A stretch of DNA of 62,957 nt, the filler included, from Choristocarpus tenellus KU-1152 (Eukaryota; Protista; Phaeophyceae), in assembly GCA_964200185.2 (NCBI GenBank). It is 9 parts of 9 records of this genome, joined end to end, with 100 filler letters (N's around TTAATTAATTAA, not from the genome) between each part and the next. Parts side by side here need not be neighbours in the genome. Positions count along the whole stretch, not along the records: positions 24,082 to 26,581 come from CAXNAD020027302.1; positions 26,682 to 30,773 come from CAXNAD020016269.1; positions 30,874 to 51,262 come from CAXNAD020000398.1; 6 more parts are not named here. One strand, 5' to 3'. The first letter of the stretch is position 1, and every line of letters begins with the position of its first letter. Under the pieces are notes generated by a model, which saw only the letters and a list, made by a program, of their open reading frames with translations, ran no database searches and was not told the origin of the DNA. Positions 24,197 through 36,495 of this stretch are shown here, in pieces. Both the position numbers and the translations under genes were made by a program.

Positions 24197-25499
24197 TGTA
24201 CATCTTCCCTTTCTTGTGCATCCTTAACGGACTGTACACTTTTTCTACCATCGTAGCAGAGATGACACAGTTCCCGCTGTTGATATGGGGGAAAATTGTC
24301 TGGAGCACACTTCGACCTTCTATTTCCTACTACCCCAGACACTTCCTCAACCCAATCTACTTTGATGAATGGAGGTGGTATCAGCAATAGGGACAAGCAC
24401 GCTGAAACAAGCGAAGCATCAAAAGTAGGTGGGAATCCTCTCCTCAAACAACTTACCTTACCAATGCCTACATTCCACATCCTCTGCATTTTGGTATCTC
24501 TTCACAACTCATGCTCGACCACAGTCTCTAGGTCTCTATTTTAGTACTCTCTAGCGTACACTAACAGTAGCTAAAGGTGACAACGGTTTTAGAGATGCTT
24601 GGACCTTGCTCTTGTCCTGCCTATCGCTTTCCCATTTCTCTCAGTTCTGCATAATAGCGGTGAAACAATGGATGACACGGCCAACAGGACACAAATCCTA
24701 GGCTGTTCACATGACAACAAAGGTGCCAATTGGCGGACGTTGGTTGATCAGCTGCTTGTGTATCTATGCCCTCCAACACATACTCGCCCTTCAGAAACTG
24801 ACCCACGCTTACACTACCATCTATAATCTGTTGAAACCTTGGATTGAATTAATCATGCCCTCTTGTATAGTGACAGGTCGTTTGGAGTGAAGGGGTGTCA
24901 TAGGGCAGTGACATGCCTGCACAGTCGCAGGTTGAATGGTACACTGTGATGGCATGTTCGTTGGTGCATTCAAAGTGTCAAGATATATGTTTTTATTCTG
25001 TTGTGTAAGTTAATTATGTAAGAAATAATAAGTATAGGTTGATGAACTAGAGAACATGGAAGAGTTCAGGAACTTTATAAATATTGTAGCAAGTAATGTG
25101 TACAGCAAGTAGTCTGTGATTTTTTATTAACGATGCACAGAATAGGATAGATTTGGTGAAAGCGAACCCCCCTCTTGAGCTTGAAGGCTCACTCCTCCTT
25201 TCTTCTTCCATACTTCATTTGCAACCTGTCCAGCACATAATGGATTATTCAAGTCATCCAAATACAAAAGTCATTCATACACAAAGGAAGAGAGATAAAT
25301 GCTCTGTATAGAGGCTTGTCGCCTCATGAAGGAGTTCGTGGACGTTTTAACTCTGAATATATATAATCCAGTTGAGCATCTGGTACACTAAGTGCAAAGT
25401 GAGTTGGGTTTTAAGTATCTGGGGGGGNNNNNNNNNNTTTGATTATGTTTGAGCTGGTTGATCATGGGGTAGATGAGGGGGGAGGTGTGTTGGTGGTGG

Positions 25500-25672
25500 G
25501 GTGGCGGGGGGGGGGGGTGGCTGCTGTCCATTTGGGGGCAATTTTTTCATGTCGCGATTTTTTGGTGATTTGGTTGCATACGTCGAATGAATAATGTAAG
25601 TGCACTTTTCCTGGTTTTGGCCAAATGGACACCCTGGTGTAGACCGCCCCCCGCCCCCAGATACTTTGGGTC
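25500..25672. mobile_element. MITE family B (a left-end fragment also lies at ~25408-25427, before a small gap)
   Basis: GTCCATTTGGGGGCAATTTTTTCATG...CCAAATGGACACCCTGG...CCCCAGATACTTTGGGTC. Confidence 0.88.
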
Positions 25673-26519
25673 TTGGATATCTGAGTGGGGGCAAAGCCAA
25701 CCAAAGAAAAAAGAAGAAAGATTGTGTGTGATGTAACTGGTGGTTCTGCTGTTAAGATAACAAAGAAAGAAACGAACTTCAATCGATATCTGATATAACT
25801 CATGTGTCACATACTATACTTGGGTCCGTTTGAGAGATGTCGACTGTTTCAGACTTGCTATGAACCATGCAATTGCAACGGTAACTCATTATCGTAAAAT
25901 GTAGTATCTATCAATGACATAAAAGATGAGTAGCAACAAGTACTGATGTGCGAGTTCAACAGTCAGTATAAACTGGTAATACTTCATAGTATCAACTACA
26001 CAAAAGATAAGTAGCTTATGATTCAACACAATCGTTTCACTATTTCCACAGGTATCAGGTTAAGTTGACCAGGCATTGGAAAAAGAAGATTGCCAAGTGG
26101 CTCAACAAATTGTGAAGGGGAAGAATGGTGTCTTGGCGAAACAAGGGACTGGTGGTATCCCTACAATGAGCAAGTGAGTAAAGGTTCTCTTTTACACTTT
26201 GCATCATACACATGCATCAGGAACAGAGAAGCCTTCACATACGCACAACTTAGTAATTTTTTGCCTTCACCAATTTTTATCTGCCTCTTTCCAAGTGCAG
26301 CCAATAAGCCCTTCCCCCCCACAATCCTTTCACCCTAGGGTATGACCACGCTCTGGACATGATGTACACATCAACGAGTGTGGACACTAACTCACATAAC
26401 CAGAGTTTCACATCACTTTGTGTAATGCCTGCGCAATGTTGTGTCAAGGAAAGCATGCCATCCAACTGGATTTACTCGAGTACGTATCACCTAAATAACA
26501 CATACATAGTCCTCACACA

Positions 26520-26581
26520 GAGTCAAAGTATCTTAGAGGATAGAGCCGCGTCCGTTTGGGGGCCAAAATCCAATGTTGCGA
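26520..26581 (+). mobile_element. MITE family A left end at a contig break
   Basis: GAGTCAAAGTATCTTAGAGGATAGAGCCGCGTCC. Confidence 0.9.
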
Positions 26582-26744
26582 NNNNNNNNNNNNNNNNNNN
26601 NNNNNNNNNNNNNNNNNNNNNNNNNTTAATTAATTAANNNNNNNNNNNNNNNNNNNNNNNNNNNNNNNNNNNNNNNNNNNNCGCACTCATTAAAGAGTAC
26701 GAAAGAGTATCATTTGTGACCCCCACTTGTTGCGCGAGGTCCCT

Positions 26745-26894
26745 GACTAAAAGTATCTGGGGGGGGGGAGGGTCTGCACTAGGGTGTCCATTTGGACCAA
26801 AATCAGGAAAAGTGTATTTACATTATACATCCGACGTATGCAACCAAATCACCCCAAAAGGACAGCCGCCAGTCCCCCCCAGATGCTTTGAGTC
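26745..26894. mobile_element. MITE family B, internally deleted
   Basis: GACTAAAAGTATCTGGGGG...CCCCCAGATGCTTTGAGTC. Confidence 0.85.
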
Positions 26895-27038
26895 AATACT
26901 GTCTTGATTCTCCAGGCATGAATGGGTTGAGTGGCTGTCAAAAGTTGCCCTTCAACATTCTGGTTGGAACACAGCTGGGGGTTCTGCACAATGAGGCGTA
27001 CGACAGGATACTCGCCAATGACTGAGCTGAGGATTGGG

Positions 27039-27926
27039 TTAGGGTTGCTTCCTCTTCTTGGTGACGATCCACCTCTGTTTGGAGACGTTTATTCTCTTAT
27101 TGGAGTTGGATGAAGTCTGAAAGAGAAATCTACTTGTGAAGGGGTTTGTGGGTGACAGCGCTGGCATAGGTGGTGGAGGCAAAGATGTGGCCAGACATAT
27201 TGTTGGCTTTATGACTTTTGGCATAGTCACGGGCCTGAACAGACGTGGTAGTGAGCTCTTCCCGAATTTGTTCAAGACCAATACTAGGGAGTAAGCTATC
27301 TTCCATGAGGGCAATTGTTAGTTGTGCAGTAAGGAGGGTTGTCGTGTTCACACAATCTGAAAGGGTTTGTACGACAAACATCCTCTAGAAAACGATTAGT
27401 CGGTGTTGTGCAACATAGAACGTACTCATTAACAGGCTCTATCTCTTCCTGTTTCAAGGATATGAGTCTATGGACTGAAACATTCGTAGCATGGGCGGGG
27501 CTGAACGTGTTAATTGAAGCCTTCTGTAATTTTCTCACCATATCGGAGGGGTTATTGGAACTGGAATATGGGGGGAAGAGCAAGCTATCTAGCTAGTTGC
27601 TACGGAAATGACATTCCATGTTACCAGCCAATGCCTGGAAATAGAATGATTTGGCAGATTCATGAAGAGTTTTTGTTGAAAAATCCACTCAACGAGCATT
27701 AATTGTCTCAAGGGACGCAGGTCCGTATTGACGGGAGTGTAGAGTGATTGTGACATGCCATTTAGAAGAAAAAAGTTGTTATTCTTCCTCTCCAGAACGT
27801 GTGCTTGCCAGACCAGTAGGAATATCTGCAGTGGAAAATGTAAAACCGTTTCCCTCTGGTATTGGACGCCAGTGCAAGACATACATAGAATTTGCAGGAG
27901 GTCTTGCGTGATGGGAAGTGTGCCCA
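27039..27926 (-). mobile_element. Retrotransposon gag-like relic
   Basis: INTFSPAHATNVSVHRLISLKQEEIEPVNEY resembles the gag motif LxxLKQxxxExVxEY. Broken by stops and frameshifts. Confidence 0.55.
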
Positions 27927-28150
27927 AAGTCAAAGTACCTTAGAGGGTAGAGCCGCGTCCGTTTGGGGGCCAATATCCAATGTTGCGATTTCGATGAAAT
28001 TTTGGTTATCGTGATTGTTAGGAAGTGTCAATATCCTTATTCCAGAGACAATTTTTCATAACGTACACATTTTACCTACTTCATAGCATTTCAGAGTAGG
28101 TAAATTGTCAATTCAAGAAACGTGGGAAGCCAAGCCCCAAATGGACAACA
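27927..28150 (+). mobile_element. MITE family A, right end truncated
   Basis: AGTCAAAGTACCTTAGAGGGTAGAGCCGCGTCC...AAGCCCCAAATGGACAAC. Confidence 0.88.
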
Positions 28151-28496
28151 ACCGAGAGGATGAGGATAATGTTGGACAAGTGCAAGAATCGCAGGGTGGA
28201 AGGATCTCATGAGAGAGCGGAGATTTTCTGACTAACAAGACGTTGCATCAAAGATAATCTTGGATGATATCTCCTATTGAAAAGATTCGTCCACTACCTG
28301 TGGGACCAGCCTCTTGAAAGATTCTGCGCCTCAATCTCAGCAAAGATCCATCACTAGAATCTAGGATTCCTGACAAGGAGCCTCGAACGGTATGATGGTA
28401 TATGATACACGACAATAACGGAGTGATAGGTGTCGGAGCAAGGGCTCTACAAGAGGCGTTTCGTTCTGGGCCTCGACGAGGACATCCTTGCCGAGG

Positions 28497-29460
28497 TCAA
28501 AGAGTGGATGCACGAAGGGTTTGGGAACTTAGGAAGTCTCTCTCCCATCTACACACAGTTTCTGCTGTAACCATCGCATATCCTGCCACCATCTCGAGCG
28601 CCGTTTTCCCGTCGTTCATACACAGGTACAAGATTTGCAGTGTTAGAGCCTTTACCATCACATTTCCTCTGTTGAGCGCCGGAAATGGGTGTCGTCCATG
28701 TCTTCTGGGCGGGTGATATTTCACCATCAACGCGCAAGGGCGAGGGAGGACAAGCTTGAGTTGATCAAAAATTGTGTTGATTTCTCGAATGAATGCAGGC
28801 GGGGAGAAAGCCTTAATCAACTTTATACATCCAACCCTAAGTCTAGGAACAAAAGTGGATGTACGGCATCTTGCAAGAAGTGGGAGACACAAAACCATCA
28901 GTGTACAAATAGTCTCAATCTCATCTCCTCTTCTTCCCTGGCATCCTCGTCAATGGCTACCTCCACCTACTTCGCGACCTGTTCAAAGTAGAGGATTTGG
29001 TGATATCAAAAGGTCTCCATAGCTGCCTTTGTTACAATCGCTTTCTCCTCCGCCTTGCGAACCCTTTCGGCCTTCTTTCGGGTTTCAGAGCCCTTGTACC
29101 CCAGCCCTAATACCTTCTTTCTCGTTTCCTTAAGTCACTCCGGCTCGCATGGCTTCCAAACAGCCAGGACCTGTTGTAACTGTCGACTACTATGATATTC
29201 TGCACCTGGGTTTTTCCTAGGCGTTTCCTGAGCGCAATGGCACGCAGCTGCACTGCTCTCTTCCTCAACCTTCCCTTCGGCTGGCCAATCTGGTTCTCCC
29301 TTCGCCCGCCGTAACCAGACTTCCCCACAGACTTTGTCCCTGCACCACCTGGTGATGGACTCAACTCTCTCTTCCCGCTTTCCCGAGGCGGCAGAGACTG
29401 CGGAGGAGTGCTCCGCAGTGATTGAAGATCCAACCACGTTTGTGTGGTAATGCTTTCCAT
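28497..29460 (-). pseudogene. Possible N-terminal part of a DNA-transposon protein (basic region plus HTH-like segment)
   Basis: Lys/Arg-rich ORFs followed by ALEMVAGYAMVTAETVCRWERDF, which looks like a helix-turn-helix. No catalytic motif seen. Confidence 0.3.
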
Positions 29461-30187
29461 GCATCTTCTCTCAGCAGTAGTGTCACAGCGGCGTGGTCCA
29501 TCGCGCTATTTGATCATGCTGCTACACCACAGCACACACACTTTCTAGTCACGTAACATCGCACTGAGTGTCACACGGTACTTGTTTTTTGTCGCCTTTC
29601 GACAGAGAAGGTGCCGAGGGTAGATCCAAGGGGTAGAATGGCCTCGGCGACTCTCCTTGTCTCACCGTTGTGGTTCTTGTTGCTGTGTGGTTCACGTGTG
29701 TGTGTGCTCGCAGCCTGCTGTCTGCAAATAGCGCTAAAAAGATGTCGGCAAACCTTGCTTTTTGTTTTGTTATTGCCACGGGCTCAATACATGGACAGTG
29801 GCCTATTCCTAAACAACGTTTAGTGGGGAGTTCAGTCAACCACTTCATTTCTGTCGGTTTTGAAGTTGTAACCGTCAAAATTGCGCCGGAGATGTTCCTC
29901 CACGTTTTTCCCATTTTTTGATCGCGGCATAGTTTTTGTTCAGTGGAGTTCTTACATTCGTACATCCAAGTCTTGTATAGTTCTTCTGATGATACAGCGA
30001 AAGAAAAAAAGATTGCTCCAGAGTGGGATAAACTATTGATACAACTTAATTTTTACTATAATATTACATTGAAGGTGGAAAACTGTTCGCGAGTGGAATG
30101 CGCGATTGGTGATGAAATATCTTTGAGGGAAGTTATGGTTTTAGAGGTTGACAACTTGGAAGAAGTATGGTTTGAGATCTGAGATCT

Positions 30188-30773
30188 GTGAGTTCCAAAG
30201 TCATGCCAACCAACAGTAGCAGGTTATCAGGGTTATCGCCAAAACCAGGACATCACTGGAGATGTATTTCTTTGTGCGTTGTCGCATGGCTTTCGATGAC
30301 CGCTCTGCTCTGCAGTATGTGTTTGAGTGTAGATAGGTCATCTGTGAACAATGATTACGCCCATCTTGATCAAGGAGGATTTCTCGACAATTATCAGTCC
30401 GACCAAACAGATGCCCTCTCATCCAAGGATGAGCGGGATAGTATATTTGAACGTGACAGGGGAGGTATACACTTGGGTTTCGGAATAGGTGTCCAACCTC
30501 TTTCATCTGAGGTTCTAACAGGAGTGGGTAACAATCAGCTGGATGCCGAGGTGGCACATATTTCTGCTACGTTAGACTCCAGCAAGAAGTATCCGTTAGG
30601 AAAGGTTCTGGGGATGGAAGGCGGCACTGGAAGACAAACTAGGGGCAATGACACCATGGTTGACTTTTCTATTGAAGAACAGATAGGAATGCTTCAGTCT
30701 CAGTTTGGCAAGTGGAGAACGGGGGACAGATTGTCAGGAGGGGTAGAACTGGGAAACACGGTGGGCTGGGGGG
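30188..30773 (+). CDS. 5' part of a host gene with an N-terminal hydrophobic anchor, cut by the contig end
   Basis: Open frame of ~195 codons with ISLCVVAWLSMTALLCSMCLSV followed by a polar stem. The likely start is the ATG of MPTNSS. Confidence 0.5.
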
Positions 30774-30879
30774 NNNNNNNNNNNNNNNNNNNNNNNNNNN
30801 NNNNNNNNNNNNNNNNNTTAATTAATTAANNNNNNNNNNNNNNNNNNNNNNNNNNNNNNNNNNNNNNNNNNNNGTTGCC

Positions 30880-30978
30880 TTCGGTGGAGGGTTACTTTAA
30901 ATGCCCTTTTCCTGATTTTCCCCCAAATGGACCCCCTGGTGTAGCCCCCCCCCCCCCCCCTCCCAGATACTTTGGGTC
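30880..30978. mobile_element. MITE family B right half at a contig start
   Basis: CCCCAAATGGACCCCCTGG...CTCCCAGATACTTTGGGTC. Confidence 0.85.
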
Positions 30979-31449
30979 AGGTGGGTTCTAAATACATCCA
31001 GATTGACAGCCATTTCGAACTCCCCCTAATAATTAATATACTGTATTGCTGCTTCAATTCTATGGGACATTCAATGCGTTGTTGTTATGAAAACGCAGGT
31101 GGGATACATGTACCTCCTTATCTGCTCTAGAAATGACATGCTGGGCCTGGCAAACGCATGAGGTCTCTGTAGCGAACACTAGTTATAGTCCGGTTCAAGT
31201 GCTGACGAGCGTGGGCAAGTTCAGAAATACCTCTCTTTCATACCTTCACCATGAATACAAATCACCACAGAAGAGTTTGGCATCTTACCCTAAATCCTTG
31301 CATCATGCTGTTTCTCACGGGAATGTTGCATTCTCTCAAGCACCGACCTTTGCAACTCCTCTTGGACCTTATTTGCTCCTACATGAAGCTGCTCATTGAT
31401 CATAAGTGCAGTATACCGTGAGATGTCAATTGAGCTAACCACACTTGAG

Positions 31450-31800
31450 GTCGTGGTATGTATGGGGTATCAGACTAAACATCACTTGATCTAGGCAAGC
31501 AAACATTTGCTCACAACGATCCATGCTCAGAGCCCACTACACCCCCATTACATAGTCTGCCCACTCAGAGATGGTGTGCTGTGCCTCATTCAACATTCCC
31601 TTTAGAATGTTTATCACCTCATGCATCATGCGCTCAACACAATGAAGTGATGGTCCACACTTGACACCTACCTTAACCTCCTTTACCACCATATTCTTAA
31701 GATGTGATACGGTATCACTCACCCACACCTCAGGTACACCCAGGGTTGTACACAACTTCTGCAAGTATGTGTCGTTCTCAATGTGATCTTGGCATTGCAT
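31450..31800 (-). mobile_element. Gypsy integrase core fragment
   Basis: LGVPEVWVSDTVSHLKN...VERMMHEVINILKGML matches the D..E region of Gypsy integrases. Confidence 0.7.
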
Positions 31801-33949
31801 GTTGTAGCAGGCTCCAAATCCATGTGAAGCTGCAAATATCATTCGCCATGACTGAAAAATACTTCAGGCCTTCAATTTCACCAAATCCTCCTGATAACTC
31901 ACTTTCTCCCATACAAGGGAGTTCAAGGAAAACATAATCGCAGTAGCTTTGGCATCTAATTTCTTGCCATTAGGCTTGGGCACACCAACAGTTTTTGGAA
32001 AATGCTCAAAATGGGTTACAACTGCGCTTAGGGTTATATTTAATGTTATTTCACTGTATTAAAGCGGTCTTCCCATGATGTACACCTTCCCCCATATTCG
32101 TGATCATCATCAGGGATAACAAAGGGACGGGATATCCTCACACCAATGTGCATCACTCCATCTCTATGAAGGGGCATGTGTTAAAATTTTAACCCACCTC
32201 GTGTAGGAGTAGGATTGATGAACACAGGGGTGTTGCTAAGGACAAAATACAAAGCTCTGAAGAATAATATGCAAAACAGACATAAATAAATTGAAATTCA
32301 ATACGATAAGACTATAAATAGCTAGTCCTGCAAGTTCAACACAAATTCACCATGCAACTCTAATTTTTCAAGATGATGCATGTGCCATTGAATTTACCCC
32401 TGAAACATGAATTCCACTATTTATAATTGAGTGTTAGAAACGACCAATTTTAGAGCAAGTCAGTACAAATGTGAAATGATTATTTTGATTTCAATACATG
32501 CCCAATTATTTATGTGCTGTACAACTGTAAACGGATGAGAATGCAAGACCATTGGAACATAGAATACCACAGTTTCGAAAGACCAATCGCTGGTTGGAAT
32601 GCCAACTAAAATAACTGCAAGTCCATCATTACTACCTATTCTTAATTGTAGGACCAGTTGGTGATCTTGATCTGAACACAAAACCTATTGTGGGTGGGTA
32701 TTACATCTCATGGGACATGGCACAAATCCATAAATTCACCATAGTGTTCCCATGCTGAGCATAATGCATAAAACAAAGAGTGTGCACAGGCACATCATCA
32801 AGCAGCAGTCTTAGTAGAATGTCTGTGCTACTAAAATACCATATTTGCAAATCCAGACTATTCTGGCGTGGACCTGTGTAGTGTGCAATCTATGGCGACA
32901 GACGGAAATTTAGACGTGATGCCATTTCAAACATCTGGAATAGATTCAAAGCAACTCTGTTACCTCTTTTTCATGCTGTGAAACCTCAAGAACTAAGTAC
33001 TTTAGAACACCCCACAGTCTGTCTGCTAAATCATGCTATACAATCAGCAATTGGAAATTAGTTAAAGCTCTTGTCAAAATGACCTATCAAAATACCTCAA
33101 GGCTGGATTGGATGTTTGTAATTGAAGCCCTATCAGGGCTTAGAAATGTCGGATGCACAAACTAGTGCAACCTTTCACAATCACATGTGGTGGTGAAATC
33201 AACTACTATTTGATTGCACAACCAATTTGTCATACAAGTGCTCACAGCACTTGTTCATCCCACTATGTGCTCAAAGCAAGGGAGTGTATTTTGCACTATT
33301 CCTGACAGAGCAAAGCAATGCCATAAACTTATATAAGAGACTACCCTGTTACCATGTAGTGGGACGGGATACCATTTTTACCAGGTCAATATAAAGATGG
33401 GTAATTCAAGATCGGATTTCACTCATGGCGTGACTCCCCTTCATTAAACGTACCGGGTGAACACGAAAAACAAATCTTAACAAAGCAATGGCACTAACCT
33501 GGATATCTCTCGCTATATGAACCAACTGTACTGTTCTTACACGGTAAACATGCTTCCTATACTTGAGAAACGAACTTGCAAGTTCATAAATCCCATCATC
33601 TGCACCAAATCAATCAACAGTTTAGTGGCGTGCTTTAACTCAGAGTAAATATTGCAAGTCATAGTTGTTTACTCAATTGCAATCGGTCAATAGAAAGACA
33701 ACAAATCAGTCACACACAGGCAATGCAAAACCCCTACCTCGAGGAATATATCAATATTACCCATTTCGAGACAAAACATTCAATGTGCCTCAGCACAATC
33801 AGGTAAAGAAAGTGGACAGAGAGAAATATTATGTTAATTCAAGAAAAATATCTTTATTGCACTACACCGTATCTGGTTAAACAGAGAATCAACGAGTTTC
33901 TCCTACCAGAATACATCATTGGCATCAAGCACAGATGCTAAGAAAAAAG

Positions 33950-35260
33950 CGAATTGTCCGTCCACCAAAACCAAATTGCATTGCTTACTTGACACCAGGG
34001 TTGTACATTCCTCCATCATGCACAGGTTCTTCCAGCTTAATGACTCAGGTATGCTCCAATGCTCCCCAAAGTTGGTATTGGGCACCCCCGAAACCCCAAC
34101 CATGCATTCTGAGGAGTCGCCATGCCACCTGGATCCCACGTGTAGTTGGTATGAGGCTCGACCATACATGATCCATCTGAGCTTCAATTGTCCACAATCT
34201 ACCCTTGGAGATGCCTATGAATATCCTCTCCAGTCCCAGATTTGGCAAGGGAGCAAATGGTGAGACAAAGGGTCCAACCTTGAATGACTTTTGAATATGC
34301 CATGGGGTCCCCTCCCCTGCTTAAGCATGGGAAGTTCCATGCCTAGTGGTCAACGATGAACACCTTGCAGGTGCTTCTTGTACCACCTTCTTGCTCCTGC
34401 AAAGAGCAAGGTGATACACAGGGGCTATAAAGAGGTCTTATTCTTTGGCAACATGCCACAGCATCACCTCGCTTGATGAGGCTTGTGAAGCTCCACTTCC
34501 CCAGTCTCGGCACTCTTGCTTAGACAGCCATTGCAAACCACGTGCCTCATCAGGATGCCTTCCATGTCAGAATAATCAAGGTCTGCCATAACGGCAAGCA
34601 CCTTGGAAGAAGCAACGCCTCCATACCATGGTTGGTCGCTCGACTCCTTCTCCCTCGGAGGTTGGAGGCTTTTAGCTCAAACCCTTTCACAGCGAGCAGA
34701 GGGGCATCGAAGTCTGCTATCACGGCAAGCACCTTGATACTAGCAAGGCACTCCCAATCCAGAGATTGCCTGCTTGGCTCCCCCTTTGGGAGTTGGAGGC
34801 TGGACTCTTAACCCTTTTGCAGGTGATTAGAGGGTCATTTTACGGGCAAGTGGAGGGTCATGGAAGTGTAACATCATGGCAAGCACCTCAGATGTAGCTG
34901 CTCCTTTCCATTGAGGTGGAGGCTTCACTCCTGCTCTTGCTGATGTATTGCCCCCTTTGTTGGCAGGTACGGTGGCTGCTTGGTCGCTTCATAAGTAAGA
35001 ATGTTCGCAGGTTCAATCAATGGGCATGTCCCCTCAAGTGTGGGTTAGGGTTAGGTGCTTGCTACAGATCTATCTGGCAGAGGTTTGGTCACAGCTGCAG
35101 CTCCAGCTGCATTGCCTCGATTGTCTCCATCCTCTTGAGCAAGGATCAGCTTGATAGTAATAACGCCTGTTGTCCATGGATTATTGGCTCCTCATCTTCC
35201 TGTGCAACCCCTGGATAGAGGTGGATCCATGGGAGGCTGACATGAAAGGCAACAACAAAG
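33950..35260 (-). mobile_element. Highly decayed retroelement gag/protease-like relic
   Basis: Stop-riddled, coding-like sequence with an internal duplication (GGAGG/AGTTGGAGGCT at ~34657 and ~34790). Family assignment is weak. Confidence 0.3.
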
Positions 35261-35281
35261 AGGACACCACCTGAAGACTGT

Positions 35282-35528
35282 GAGCAAAACCAAACGTGAG
35301 GTTCCCCGGTATTGACCATTTTGCATTTTAAGACAGTTTTTCAATCTTTTGCAATTCACCCATATCTGTGGATGAAGTGTTAAGTTGGACTTGAGAGCAT
35401 CGGTTTCTCTATTGTTAGAGACTTTTTGATAGAATCTAGAAATATGCTGTACGCATTTGTAAATTAAAGGCGGTTTTTGCACAGCATCCTTAAAATGCAA
35501 TTTTGGGTACCTCTCAGTTACTTTGACT
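35282..35528 (+). mobile_element. MITE family C
   Basis: Homologous to 36241-36495 and ends GGTACCTCTCAGTTACTTTGACT. Confidence 0.8.
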
Positions 35529-36240
35529 GTTGCAGTTACAATGGGAGCGTTCATATACTCATAGACATACATAAATGAACTAAAATATAGTTGTAATGAA
35601 TGTTAACATAAATGTATCTCATTCCATAATACTCCTTTTTTCTTGACAACTCTTGTATCCCTCATTTTTTTACAAATATACACCCATGTACAAGTCCCTC
35701 AGACATGATATCAAAGTATGTCTAGTACACCTGTAGTTAGGAAACAGTATGCCAATGGAGAATGTATCTAAAAAGATGACGCCTTTGTTGGGATCCCTTT
35801 ACAGCATGGAGGCCTTGCTGCCTCACAATTCAGCATGATGCTCAGCGCTGGACCAAACAGAGCATACCTTGCCGTGTGTGGTTAATGCAAAATGCAATTA
35901 ATATCATCGAAAATTTCGAGCCAATTAAACTCTTTGTACTGATAGGTTATTCGATTCACCACAGTCTAAAAAAACTATAATACCATAATCATTACCACAC
36001 CTATCACTGCGTTCAAAATATGCTCTCACACTACAGCAGGAAAGGAACAACCAACTGACTGAGAGAACAAAGGAAGACCTCTGGTAAAGCACCGCCGGTC
36101 ACCTACCCAATCGTCACCCTTTCTCTACAACTGACTACTTATCAACACATACAGATCTATGTGTTTGTTCTCTAGTACTACATCCTGCCATTATCTAAAG
36201 CTCACTCTAGAGTGTGCACTTTGATGTACTTGTCACTTTT

Positions 36241-36495
36241 TAGTCAAGTAAACGAGAGGTACCAGGGTTTTGACCAATTTGCATTTGAAGCCTGTTTTTC
36301 AATCTTTTGCAATTAGCCTATATTTCCATCGATGGTCAGAGTTGGACTTGAGAGCAATTATTTCTCTAGTGTTGAAGCCTTTGCGACACATTTCAGAAAA
36401 TGTTCTGTGTGCACTAGAAAAAAAAGTGGAACTTCGCACATCTTTGTCAGCTAACCTAAAATGTAACTCTGGGTAACTCTCATTTACTTTGACTC
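36241..36495 (+). mobile_element. MITE family C, probable TSD TTT
   Basis: AGTCAAGTAAACGAGAGGTACC...GGTAACTCTCATTTACTTTGACTC, with TTT on both flanks. Confidence 0.85.
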
